This document shows positions 63,685 through 64,000 of a stretch of DNA of 64,000 nt, one piece after another (positions within the stretch are counted from its first letter, which is position 1; every line of letters begins with the position of its first letter). Source of the stretch: the human T2T-CHM13v2.0 reference genome, Homo sapiens; NCBI RefSeq assembly GCF_009914755.1, contig NC_060929.1. One strand, 5' to 3'. Position numbers and translations under genes: made by a program. The notes beneath the pieces are model-generated. The model was not told the origin of the DNA. It saw only the letters and a program-made list of their open reading frames with translations, and did not search any database.

Positions 63685-63850
63685 AGTTTGTATGTTCATA
63701 TTTGTATATATGGGCCTGTGTGAATGCATGGGTGAGCATGCCCAGATGTGTGCATGTGTGTGTGTTGATTTGTGTGCAAATGTATATAATTTGTGGGCTT
63801 GCCTGTGTGGTTCTGTGCATGTGTATAAGAGTGTGTGTGTGTGTGTACCC
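63685..63850. repeat. Degenerate (TG)n low-complexity tract
   Basis: Directly visible; shorter pure tracts at 29102-29122 (CA) and 58342-58358 (GT). Confidence 0.85.
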
Positions 63851-64000
63851 ACGTGTAGATGCCTACATCTGTCTGAAGGTGGTGAGTGGACAGAGGGAAG
63901 GAAGGAAGCTCTCTTTTTTCCTTTCTTTCAGTACAGATCAGCTTCTACAGCTGCAAAGTTAATGAGTCTGGCATGGTGCTTTTTCTAAAGTATAACTCAG

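Overview
Primate (human or ape) genomic DNA, AT-rich and repeat-dense, with no recognisable protein-coding exon, tRNA, rRNA or CRISPR. The only gene-derived sequence is a full-length, open-frame RPS17 retrocopy (48310-48802, 15-bp TSD). The window holds about 24 Alus, including an AluYd-type copy, and a 5'-truncated L1PA with an apparent 3' transduction. It also holds a 5-kb LTR2B/Harlequin-type ERV nested Russian-doll style (ERV in Alu in MER53 in old L1M, all three TSDs still readable), plus older L1M, L2, MIR, MLT1 and DNA-transposon relics. The most unusual structure not explained by a repeat I recognise is a ~700-bp fold-back at 6328-7026. Its ~210-bp outer arms are ~85% identical by hand count, its inner part is more decayed but still symmetric, and it carries exon-like splice signals. 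Repeat subfamily names come from my recall of consensus sequences and need RepeatMasker/Dfam confirmation. I could not identify the chromosomal locus.
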